Positions 1-6,785 of a stretch of 20,000 nt of DNA are shown here, in pieces. The notes beneath the pieces are model-generated. The model did not search any database and was not told the origin of the DNA. It saw nothing but the letters and a program-made list of their open reading frames with translations. This DNA is from an uncultured virus (IMG/VR IMGVR_UViG_3300032225_002272). Its lineage: Duplodnaviria > Heunggongvirae > Uroviricota > Caudoviricetes. The translations under genes and the position numbers were made by a program. The number at the start of each line of letters is the position of its first letter. The stretch's first letter is position 1. The stretch lies in IMG/VR virus record IMGVR_UViG_3300032225_002272; one strand, written 5' to 3'.

Positions 1-2
1 AA

Positions 3-341
3 GTTTATAATATAGAACCTAGAGATAATGCTGTTGATATAACAGGAGTTGAGTATTTAACTAAAGCTGATTCTTTAGGATTAGGATATAATATTATTGA
101 GTCAGAAAAGAGAATAATTGATTGGTTTACTTACACAGAAACTATTTCTGAATATACAGATATTCTTTTAGAAAGAATACCTAAATTAATTGTGAGATAT
201 AGTGATGTTTTAAATAATAAAGGTCAGTTACAACTTCAGTTCCAAGGTGAAGATCAACAAGAGTACAGAGGTAAGATTTATATTAACAGAGCACTTTGTC
301 AAGATAGATTAGAGAATTTAGAAGAAGAAACTTGGAACTAA
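3..341 (+). CDS. Hypothetical protein, 3' part (runs in from the window edge)
   Basis: Open frame VYNIEPRDNAVDITGVEYL...RLENLEEETWN* from position 3 to TAA at 339-341; not in the ORF track because there is no start codon in the window. Confidence 0.75.
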   Translation, partial: VYNIEPRDNAVDITGVEYLTKADSLGLGYNIIESEKRIIDWFTYTETISEYTDILLERIPKLIVRYSDVLNNKGQLQLQFQGEDQQEYRGKIYINRALCQDRLENLEEETWN

Positions 342-351
342 ATTTCAAGTT

Positions 352-1062
352 TTATCTTGCGATTAAAAGTTGAATCTTAATATTCTCTGATGTTGATGAA
401 CGGTGATAACCATCAATCAATCTATATTTATCATCTTTAACTAAAGCAATACCTCTAATACCTGTATAATTCTTATCAGAATAGTGTTGTAGATTTTTAG
501 TATTTACTTTTCTATAATGTTCATCTGAACCAAAAATGATACTGTCTCTTTCAACAGTTTCAATTGAATATTGACGACCTTGTAAAGCTGGTAGAATACT
601 ACCATACTCCAACATTAGAAGATATTCAATTCTTGATGTTAAATCAATTATTGAAAGAGCTTCATTAATTTGGTCTTCAATTTTTTGAGCAACAGAATTC
701 TCTAATAAAACATCATCAATTTCTTGACCATAGTACCCACCACAAACTTGAACTTCCCAATTAGTTGGTTCATATGCCTTATTAATTCTTAGAATTCTAT
801 CAATAGTATAAATATCAATTTCTTTTGAAACGCCACCTAATATAGAATTAATAGCAGAGTTTCTTTTTGAAGATAAAGAGTTATCAAAAATAGAGTTATA
901 TACCTCATTAACTATTGAAGGTATATCAACTGTTACAACATGAGCATTTTCTAAGGTCTCACAACGGCAAATACCTTCCTCATCACAACCATGAGCGCCA
1001 CAATCTCTGTAGGCATCATAATCATAATTAGTGTGATACTTAAAACTTACTCCAACTATCAT
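352..1062 (-). CDS. Hypothetical protein with Cys-rich N-terminus and C-terminal ParB/Srx-like motif
   Basis: 236-aa ORF; CGAHGCDEEGICRC near the N-terminus; YRLIDGYHR resembles the ParB-like DGxHR motif. Confidence 0.55.
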   Translation of the reverse strand: MIVGVSFKYHTNYDYDAYRDCGAHGCDEEGICRCETLENAHVVTVDIPSIVNEVYNSIFDNSLSSKRNSAINSILGGVSKEIDIYTIDRILRINKAYEPTNWEVQVCGGYYGQEIDDVLLENSVAQKIEDQINEALSIIDLTSRIEYLLMLEYGSILPALQGRQYSIETVERDSIIFGSDEHYRKVNTKNLQHYSDKNYTGIRGIALVKDDKYRLIDGYHRSSTSENIKIQLLIAR

Positions 1063-1361
1063 TTGTTTTTAATTCTTGTTTTGTAGCTTTTACCGTCTTC
1101 TAATTTCTTATAGATGTAAAACTGGTTATATTTTAGCTTCATATAAAGTTCTCTTAAAGAAGAACCATCTAAGGCATACCAAGTAGTTGGTAGAATTTCC
1201 TCCTTAGCAAAAGGATTCCACCTATTAACTCTATCAATTAATCTTTTACCATCTTTGATAGGTTCATCAAAGTAATAAAAATGATCATGCTTTAAAGTTG
1301 CTTGTTTCTTTTTAAGTTGTTCTTCAATTTTACCTATTAGATGTCTTCTAATAAAATTCAT
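1059..1361 (-). CDS. Hypothetical protein (start revised to MNFIRRH)
   Basis: ATG at 1361 directly follows the upstream stop at 1363; ATGA overlap with the next gene. Confidence 0.65.
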   Translation of the reverse strand: MNFIRRHLIGKIEEQLKKKQATLKHDHFYYFDEPIKDGKRLIDRVNRWNPFAKEEILPTTWYALDGSSLRELYMKLKYNQFYIYKKLEDGKSYKTRIKNK

Positions 1362-1362
1362 T

Positions 1363-1779
1363 TTATACAAATTTACCGTTAACAATTCCGTTGTGATAAT
1401 ATCTGAAGTCAGTAAGGTCTTTACCTTCAATTACTTTCAAATATCCATTAATAGCACCAATTATATTTTGACGACCAGAAGTATTGTCAGTATGAGCATA
1501 CCAATCTGGAAAGTGTTTTACATGGTCTAAACAATAGTTGATTAAATAATCAGCCGCATCTTTACCAGTCCACTCTTTACCGTCTTTATCAACACAAGCC
1601 AAATCGTGGTCAAATGAAACTAATTCAATTTCATCAAAATGTTTATTAACAATATCAACAAATTCAAAATAGTCACGAGCAATGGTCCACTTGTTAGTTG
1701 GTAAATAATCCAATCCTAAGCCCTTAACTGCGTTATGAGCCATTCCTGGAATTCTGATGTCGTCTAAAAATAAGTTCAT
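1363..1779 (-). CDS. Cyclic-phosphate-processing receiver-like domain protein (cREC_REC-like)
   Basis: Motifs LFLDDIR, VSFDHDL, TGKDAADYL, HTDNTSGRQNI match the family pattern LxLDDxR..SxDHDL..TGxD..HSxN. Confidence 0.7.
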   Translation of the reverse strand: MNLFLDDIRIPGMAHNAVKGLGLDYLPTNKWTIARDYFEFVDIVNKHFDEIELVSFDHDLACVDKDGKEWTGKDAADYLINYCLDHVKHFPDWYAHTDNTSGRQNIIGAINGYLKVIEGKDLTDFRYYHNGIVNGKFV

Positions 1780-1783
1780 TTTT

Positions 1784-1960
1784 TTAATTTAAGTACACTC
1801 CTTTGTTTATACAATAAAGATTTAAATATAATGCGATTGTAAACCAAGTTTCAAATTCTTGATTATCTTGTGATGTTTCTAATCTTTGGATTAAAAAGTC
1901 AGCCATTGGTTGAGCCCAACTCATAATAAATCTAGATCTTAGTTCTTTTAATTTTTTCAT
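1784..1960 (-). CDS. Small hypothetical protein, 58 aa (MKKLKELRSRFIMSWAQPMADFLIQRLETSQDNQEFETWFTIALYLNLYCINKGVYLN)
   Basis: Fills the gap in the minus-strand operon; ATGA overlap with the upstream stop at 1957-1959; stop 4 nt before the next ATG. Confidence 0.65.
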   Translation of the reverse strand: MKKLKELRSRFIMSWAQPMADFLIQRLETSQDNQEFETWFTIALYLNLYCINKGVYLN

Positions 1961-2412
1961 ACGTTATAATTATTATTAAGAAATTCTTTTTCTATTTTAG
2001 TAAGTGAGTCTAAACCCACTTGACTTATTCTATCTAATATAGTATCAATATCCAAATTGTTGTATATCCAATCATTTAAATCATCAATAAAAAAAGAATA
2101 TTTTATTGAATCAGTAGGATATACTTTATCACCAACTTCTAAATCCATATTAAATTTTCCTTTTAATATATCTTCTGTTAAATCTGTTAGTTCAAATTTT
2201 ATTAAATTCTCTGCTAATATACCTAAATATCTTTTAACTTGTATAGGTTCGGCAATAGCAAAAAATGTATATACTCTATCTTCTTCATACTCAAAATAAG
2301 AATCTGCCTCCATATCATCAAGTTTTTCTTTATCTATGTCAGAAAGTCTGTCATAGTCTTCAGTTAGATCAAAAGAAGATTTAGAAAATTTAATTTTATA
2401 AACGCAGTACAT
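1957..2412 (-). CDS. Hypothetical acidic protein (start revised to MYCVYK)
   Basis: ATG at 2412 lies just after AATATATA and TATATTTG promoter-like motifs. Confidence 0.65.
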   Translation of the reverse strand: MYCVYKIKFSKSSFDLTEDYDRLSDIDKEKLDDMEADSYFEYEEDRVYTFFAIAEPIQVKRYLGILAENLIKFELTDLTEDILKGKFNMDLEVGDKVYPTDSIKYSFFIDDLNDWIYNNLDIDTILDRISQVGLDSLTKIEKEFLNNNYNV

Positions 2413-2521
2413 ACAATATATATTCACAAATATAATACTTATTTTACAATATAGGAAATTTAAATTCATGAAACATCATGATATCCTTTATAAACATTAT
2501 AATTATTATTAGTATAATTGT

Positions 2522-2905
2522 ATGGAACAAAAGAAAAGACCTGATAGCTTTGTAGAAAACAGATTATCTAAGAGATATCCAACGGAAATTGGCGCACCAA
2601 AATTTGAACCTGATAATATTTCTCTTTTTAAAATTGAAAAAACTTCTAAAATAAAAAAATACTATTCTTCAAGATTTGAAGAGATGACTAAAGAGTATGA
2701 AAAGTTAATGTCAGAAATTCAAATGAATGAAAGACTTTATACGGCTTCACACAACTTTGAACCAATCTCTGGCGAAACTTACCACTTATATAAAAAGGAA
2801 TCCGGTCAAGAATTTCTTTCTTTAATATCTCCGGAACAATGGGCAAAATTTGATTTCATCGGATCTTATAGATTCTTATCAGACGGTAGATGGGAGGCTA
2901 TTTAA
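2522..2905 (+). CDS. DUF2452-like protein
   Basis: YPTEIGAPKFEP...FEPISGETYHLY...FLSLISPEQW resembles Bacteroidota DUF2452 proteins (recognised by eye). Confidence 0.6.
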   Translation: MEQKKRPDSFVENRLSKRYPTEIGAPKFEPDNISLFKIEKTSKIKKYYSSRFEEMTKEYEKLMSEIQMNERLYTASHNFEPISGETYHLYKKESGQEFLSLISPEQWAKFDFIGSYRFLSDGRWEAI

Positions 2906-4506
2906 CCTACCCACCCTTCTTTCAAACTTACAGTCTTATTGAAACTTTTACCGTCAGTGTCTAAAATATAATACCCTTTTCTCATCATTTGAACTGGTGC
3001 CTTGACTTTTAAAACATGAGGTTCAAAGATTGCCTTATCATTAATTATAAGTGAATCTGGGTTGATATAATTGATAAAATCATCTTCATTTTTATCAGGT
3101 GATTCATCATTGAATAATCTATCATATTCATTTACATTCATTCTAACTCCGTGTTCAGCAGATACCCAGTGAATGGTTCCTTTAATCTTTCTTTCAATAA
3201 ACATACCTGATCTTGTTAAAGGATCGTAAGTACATCTAATCTCAATGATTTCTCCGAATTCATCTTTGATAACTTCATTAGCCATAATAACATAAGCACC
3301 TTTTAATCTTACTTCACCACCTAATTTCAATCTATGAAATTTATTATTAGCTTCTTCTCTAAAATCTTCTCTTTCAATAAATAATTCTCCATTAAAAGGA
3401 ATCATTCTAGTACCAGCACTTTCATCACCAGGATTATTTTCAACTTCAACCATTTCAGTTCCGTTATCCCAATTAGTAATAACTAACTTAACTGGATCCA
3501 TGACACCCATTAATCTGTTGGTAACTATATTCAAATCAGTTCTTAAACATTCTTCTAAAAGTAAATAAGAAACAACCGATTCTTTTCTGGTAACAGAAAT
3601 TCTATCACAAAAATCTTTAATAGCATTTGGTGTAAAACCTCTTCTTCTTAAACCGGAAATAGTAGGCATTCTTGGATCATCCCAACCATCAACATAAGAT
3701 TCTTCAACCAATCTTTTTAATTTTCTCTTTGACATAACTGTATAGTCAATGTTCAAACGAGCAAACTCAGTTTCTTCTGGAAGTGGATTTTCTAAATCAC
3801 AATTTTCTAATACCCACATATATAAAGGTCTATGAACTTCAAATTCTAAAGTACATAAAGAATCAGTGATACCTTCTTTATAATCTGAAAGTGGATGAGC
3901 AAAGTCATACATTGGATAAATCTTCCAAGTATCACCAGCTCTGTGGTGTGACTTAGATATTATTCTATAAAGAACCGGATCTCTTAAAATCATATTAGGA
4001 GAAGTCATATCAATATTGGCTCTTAAAATTTTAGAACCTTCAGAGAATTCACCTAATCTCATTCTATTAAATAAGTCTAAGTTTTCTTCTATACTTCTAG
4101 ATTTATAAGGTGAGTCTTTACCAACTGAAGTTGGAGTTCCTTTTAAGTTAGCAATTTCTTCACTGGTTGAATCATCAACATAAGCTAATCCTTTCTTAAT
4201 TAAAGTAACAGCACAATCATAAAGAAAATCAAAATAATCAGATGTATAGAAAATGTTGGCTGGTTTGTAACCTAACCATTCTATATCTTTTATAATTGAT
4301 TCAACAAAGTGAGTATCTTCAGTAGTTGGATTTGTATCATCAAATCTCAAGTTACAAGGTCTATTATATTTTTCAGCCAAGCCAAAATTTAGTATAATGG
4401 ATTTAGCGTGACCCAGGTGTAGCAGACCATTGGGTTCAGGAGGAAATCTTAATGTTAGTTTATCAAGATTGTCTTTTTCTAATATTTTATCTTCAATGAA
4501 ATTCAT
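2902..4506 (-). CDS. glnS: Glutaminyl-tRNA synthetase
   Basis: RFPPEPNGLLHLGHAK (HIGH), LRFDDTNP, YPMYDFAH, SLCTLEF, MSKRKL (KMSKS-equivalent), WDDPRMPT; GlnRS C-terminal beta-barrel motifs (LKLGGEVRL, KGTIHWVS). Confidence 0.95.
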   Translation of the reverse strand: MNFIEDKILEKDNLDKLTLRFPPEPNGLLHLGHAKSIILNFGLAEKYNRPCNLRFDDTNPTTEDTHFVESIIKDIEWLGYKPANIFYTSDYFDFLYDCAVTLIKKGLAYVDDSTSEEIANLKGTPTSVGKDSPYKSRSIEENLDLFNRMRLGEFSEGSKILRANIDMTSPNMILRDPVLYRIISKSHHRAGDTWKIYPMYDFAHPLSDYKEGITDSLCTLEFEVHRPLYMWVLENCDLENPLPEETEFARLNIDYTVMSKRKLKRLVEESYVDGWDDPRMPTISGLRRRGFTPNAIKDFCDRISVTRKESVVSYLLLEECLRTDLNIVTNRLMGVMDPVKLVITNWDNGTEMVEVENNPGDESAGTRMIPFNGELFIEREDFREEANNKFHRLKLGGEVRLKGAYVIMANEVIKDEFGEIIEIRCTYDPLTRSGMFIERKIKGTIHWVSAEHGVRMNVNEYDRLFNDESPDKNEDDFINYINPDSLIINDKAIFEPHVLKVKAPVQMMRKGYYILDTDGKSFNKTVSLKEGWVG

Positions 4507-4524
4507 AATGTTTATATTTTTTAG

Positions 4525-4596
4525 TTGTCTCGCCAGGATTCGAACCTGGACTCTTTCCGTTCAAAGCGGCTTGTGTTGCCCTTACACCACGAGACA
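4525..4596 (-). tRNA. tRNA-Gln(UUG), weak anticodon stem
   Basis: TGTCTCG/CGAGACA acceptor (U1-A72), loop CTTTGAA, T-arm CCAGG TTCGAAT CCTGG. Confidence 0.85.
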
Positions 4597-4602
4597 TTGT
4601 TG

Positions 4603-4674
4603 TTGCTCCACTTGGACTCGAACCAAGCTCATCTGTTTCAAAGACAGATATGATCACCCATATACTATGGAGCA
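4603..4674 (-). tRNA. tRNA-Gln(UUG)
   Basis: TGCTCCA/TGGAGCA acceptor, TCTGT CTTTGAA ACAGA anticodon arm, CTTGG TTCGAGT CCAAG T-arm. Confidence 0.88.
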
Positions 4675-4676
4675 AT

Positions 4677-4710
4677 AAAAAACCCGAATCAATTAGATTG
4701 ATTCGGGTTT
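4677..4710 (-). terminator. Intrinsic terminator (attenuator) of the Gln leader
   Basis: AAACCCGAATCAAT-CTA-ATTGATTCGGG-TTTTTT, ending 2 nt before tRNA-Gln. Confidence 0.9.
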
Positions 4711-4738
4711 GTAAAGTTTAGACAATACGATACCATTA

Positions 4739-4789
4739 TCAATCTGTTGGATTAATTTGTTGTTGTTGGTATTGTGATGTTGTTCTCAT
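4739..4789 (-). CDS. Putative Gln-sensing leader peptide MRTTSQYQQQQINPTD
   Basis: 16 codons with five CAA; AATATATA motif 9 nt upstream; AGATTGAT across its stop is complementary to ATCAATCT in the terminator 5' arm and loop. Confidence 0.85.
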   Translation of the reverse strand: MRTTSQYQQQQINPTD

Positions 4790-4817
4790 AGTTCTATTTA
4801 TATATTTTGTTTCCTTG

Positions 4818-4895
4818 TCGAGATGGCAGGATTCGAACCTGCGAAATTCTCCTGCTCCCAAAGCAGGCGGGGTGACCTGGCTCCCCAACATCTCG
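4818..4895 (-). tRNA. tRNA-Pro(UGG)
   Basis: CGAGATG/CATCTCG acceptor, A73, CCTGC TTTGGGA GCAGG, GCAGG TTCGAAT CCTGC. Confidence 0.9.
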
Positions 4896-4904
4896 TTATT
4901 TTAG

Positions 4905-4977
4905 CGGTCCATACCGGATTCGAACCGGTACCACACACCGTGACAGGGTGGTATTGTAACCATTCAACCAATGGACC
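4905..4977 (-). tRNA. tRNA-Asp(GUC)
   Basis: GGTCCAT/ATGGACC acceptor, G73, CACC CTGTCAC GGTG, ACCGG TTCGAAT CCGGT. Confidence 0.9.
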
Positions 4978-5039
4978 ATTTTGAGAATTCTTTTACTCTA
5001 TTCTCTAAAGAGTATCTTTCGCTCCAAAGCTACTTTTTG

Positions 5040-5113
5040 TCGGGAAGGTCGGAATCGAACCGACTAACTGAAGCCTCCAGAGCCCCCGTGCTTAAAACCT
5101 TAGTCACTTCCCG
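5040..5113 (-). tRNA. Atypical tRNA-Pro(UGG)-like (C33, poor D stem)
   Basis: CGGGAAG/CTTCCCG acceptor with A73 (Pro-like), GGGGC TCTGGAG GCTTC anticodon arm, GTCGG TTCGATT CCGAC T-arm. Confidence 0.6.
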
Positions 5114-5128
5114 GTTTTAATATAAAAC

Positions 5129-5161
5129 AAAAAACCCAGTTAATCTTTCGACTAACTGGGT
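5129..5161 (-). terminator. Intrinsic terminator (attenuator) upstream of the Pro/Asp/Pro tRNAs
   Basis: ACCCAGTTAGTC-GAAA-GATTAACTGGGT followed by TTTTTGTTTT. Confidence 0.9.
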
Positions 5162-5185
5162 AATGTTTCATAGTTAATATTTTCT

Positions 5186-5284
5186 TTAACTTAAAACCAC
5201 ATAGTTAGCCTCTTTCGAACCAGGATCCTGATCGATTACAACTTGCGGTTGCGGGTTAACGATATTTAAGTTTAAGTTTTTCAT
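5186..5284 (-). CDS. Putative leader peptide MKNLNLNIVNPQPQVVIDQDPGSKEANYVVLS (Pro/Gln/Asp-sensing)
   Basis: 32 codons; 8 of codons 11-21 are Pro, Gln or Asp; GGCTAACT (5203-5210) can pair with AGTTAGTC of the terminator 5' arm; AATATATA 5 nt upstream. Confidence 0.75.
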   Translation of the reverse strand: MKNLNLNIVNPQPQVVIDQDPGSKEANYVVLS

Positions 5285-5289
5285 TTCTT

Positions 5290-5434
5290 TATATATTAAA
5301 AAGTTTTTCTTCCTTTTGTTCTTATTTTATACAAATATACAACAAAGTTTTAATTTGTCAAATATTTTTTTAATTTATTTTATTTTTTCTCTTTTGTGAC
5401 TACAAAGATATGTAGTTTATTTTAGATTGCCAAA
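5290..5434 (-). promoter_or_regulatory. Tandem Bacteroidota-type promoters plus AATATATA motif for tRNA array 1
   Basis: TTTG(5431-5434)-N20-TATCTTTG(5403-5410); TTTG(5359-5362)-N19-TATATTTG(5332-5339); AATATATA(5290-5297). Confidence 0.7.
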
Positions 5435-5796
5435 TTTTCTTTTGATTTATAATCTAAAATTTCAATGTTAAAAGCCGATGATAGTTTATGACCTAATTCA
5501 TCAACTATAGCAAATATTTCTTTTTCATTATAAACAGTAATATTAAAGTGGACAACAGCATCTATTTCAACAGCACCATCTGCTAATTCAGCAACAGTTC
5601 CTTCTTCAAGAATGTTAACTTCAATAGATTCAGGGTTATAAACCAACTCACTAACTTTAGATAATCCTAAGTTTATTTTATCTTCTGTGATGTCTTCACC
5701 TTTACATAGAATATCTATGTTATAAGATTCTTTTGGGGCAGAATATCTGAATCCTACGGTTCTTTGATATTCATTTATTGATTTTAAATGCTTCAT
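5422..5796 (-). CDS. Hypothetical protein with MKHLKSINE N-terminal motif
   Basis: 124-aa ORF preceded by AATATATA. Confidence 0.75.
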   Translation of the reverse strand: MKHLKSINEYQRTVGFRYSAPKESYNIDILCKGEDITEDKINLGLSKVSELVYNPESIEVNILEEGTVAELADGAVEIDAVVHFNITVYNEKEIFAIVDELGHKLSSAFNIEILDYKSKENLAI

Positions 5797-5821
5797 ATAT
5801 TATATATTAATTTTTACAAAC

Positions 5822-5850
5822 AAAAAAACCCTCAGATAAATCTAAGGGTT
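5822..5850 (-). terminator. Intrinsic terminator after the cold-shock gene
   Basis: AACCCTTAGA-TTTA-TCTGAGGGTT followed by a T run. Confidence 0.8.
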
Positions 5851-5872
5851 AATTAATTAGTGTTAAAATATA

Positions 5873-6064
5873 TTAAGCGTTAACTGATACGTTAACTGCG
5901 TTTAATCCTTTTTTACCTTCTGTTACTTCAAAGCTAACTGAATCTTTTTCTTTAATCTCATCAATTAATCCTGTAGCGTGTACAAACACGTCTGTTCCGT
6001 TTTCGTCTGTGATGAAACCAAATCCTTTAGCTTCATTGTAGAACTTTACTGTTCCTGTTTTCAT
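5873..6064 (-). CDS. cspA: Cold-shock protein (CspA family)
   Basis: GTVKFYNEAKGFGFI (RNP1), DVFVHATGL (RNP2), GKKGLNAVNV. Confidence 0.95.
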   Translation of the reverse strand: MKTGTVKFYNEAKGFGFITDENGTDVFVHATGLIDEIKEKDSVSFEVTEGKKGLNAVNVSVNA

Positions 6065-6126
6065 TTTTTATTCTTGTTTATTTTTAATTTGGTATTCTTA
6101 CCAGTTGTTATATTTTTTATTTGTAT

Positions 6127-6546
6127 TTAGTTTATACCTAAATCATTTAATATTTTATCTCTTATTTTAGAAGGATTGTGAATAGCATAAACCGAATTTC
6201 TTGTGATTAGAATATCTTCATCAATTATTTTATTAACAGTTGAAGTATACCAATTTCCTATACCATAGGATTCACCTATCTTCGGTTCTTTATTTTGTAT
6301 TCCTTTTAATGTATCAGATGGCTTATCAAATCTAGAAAATCTATCAGGTCGGTTATTTGGTGTACCAACAATAGACTTATCAGTTTTTAAATATTTATAT
6401 TCATCACCACATTTTTCTTTTAGAATGTTGATATAGTGATCAAAAATAGGCCCACCATTATAAACAACCATAATAGTGAATTCTCTACCGCCTTTTATAT
6501 CAGGTAGAATAGTTCCTATCTTTAATATTTCAACTTCTTTATTCAA
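6127..6546 (-). CDS. Hypothetical protein
   Basis: 139-aa ORF overlapping the upstream stop; ends IRDKILNDLGIN. Confidence 0.7.
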   Translation of the reverse strand: MNKEVEILKIGTILPDIKGGREFTIMVVYNGGPIFDHYINILKEKCGDEYKYLKTDKSIVGTPNNRPDRFSRFDKPSDTLKGIQNKEPKIGESYGIGNWYTSTVNKIIDEDILITRNSVYAIHNPSKIRDKILNDLGIN

Positions 6547-6784
6547 TTATTTTATTTATTTTTTTATTTCTTATGAATGACTTAACCCAATGTTCTGGTA
6601 TCTCAAGATATCCAAGTTCAGATTTATTTGGTTCAGAAAATTCTGTTTTATAAAATCCTTCAGTTAAATGTATGTTTGTTATATTAGGAATACCATCAAC
6701 AGTTTTACAATTCTTTTTCAAAAGAAAAGAGTTTATGGCTTCAATTACATCTTGTGATAAGTATCTTCCTTCTATATCTCTCAT
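6539..6784 (-). CDS. Hypothetical protein (start revised to MRDIEGRY)
   Basis: ATG at 6784 immediately follows the peptidase stop; ends IRNKKINKIIE. Confidence 0.65.
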   Translation of the reverse strand: MRDIEGRYLSQDVIEAINSFLLKKNCKTVDGIPNITNIHLTEGFYKTEFSEPNKSELGYLEIPEHWVKSFIRNKKINKIIE

Positions 6785-6785
6785 A

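Noticed and set aside
4430..4678. ORFs 4430-4678(+) and 4493-4675(-)
   Set aside because: They overlap the two tRNA-Gln genes; chance frames in GC-richer tRNA sequence
4677..4806. T-box riboswitch as the explanation for the terminator upstream of glnS
   Set aside because: No T-box consensus (GGTGGTACCGCG-like) and too short for a Stem I; a translated leader explains the structure better
4979..5038. Possible extra tRNA between Asp and the Pro-like tRNA (GCTTTGGAGC, TACTCT/AGAGTA hairpin)
   Set aside because: No T-arm or acceptor stem could be built; at most a spacer hairpin or remnant
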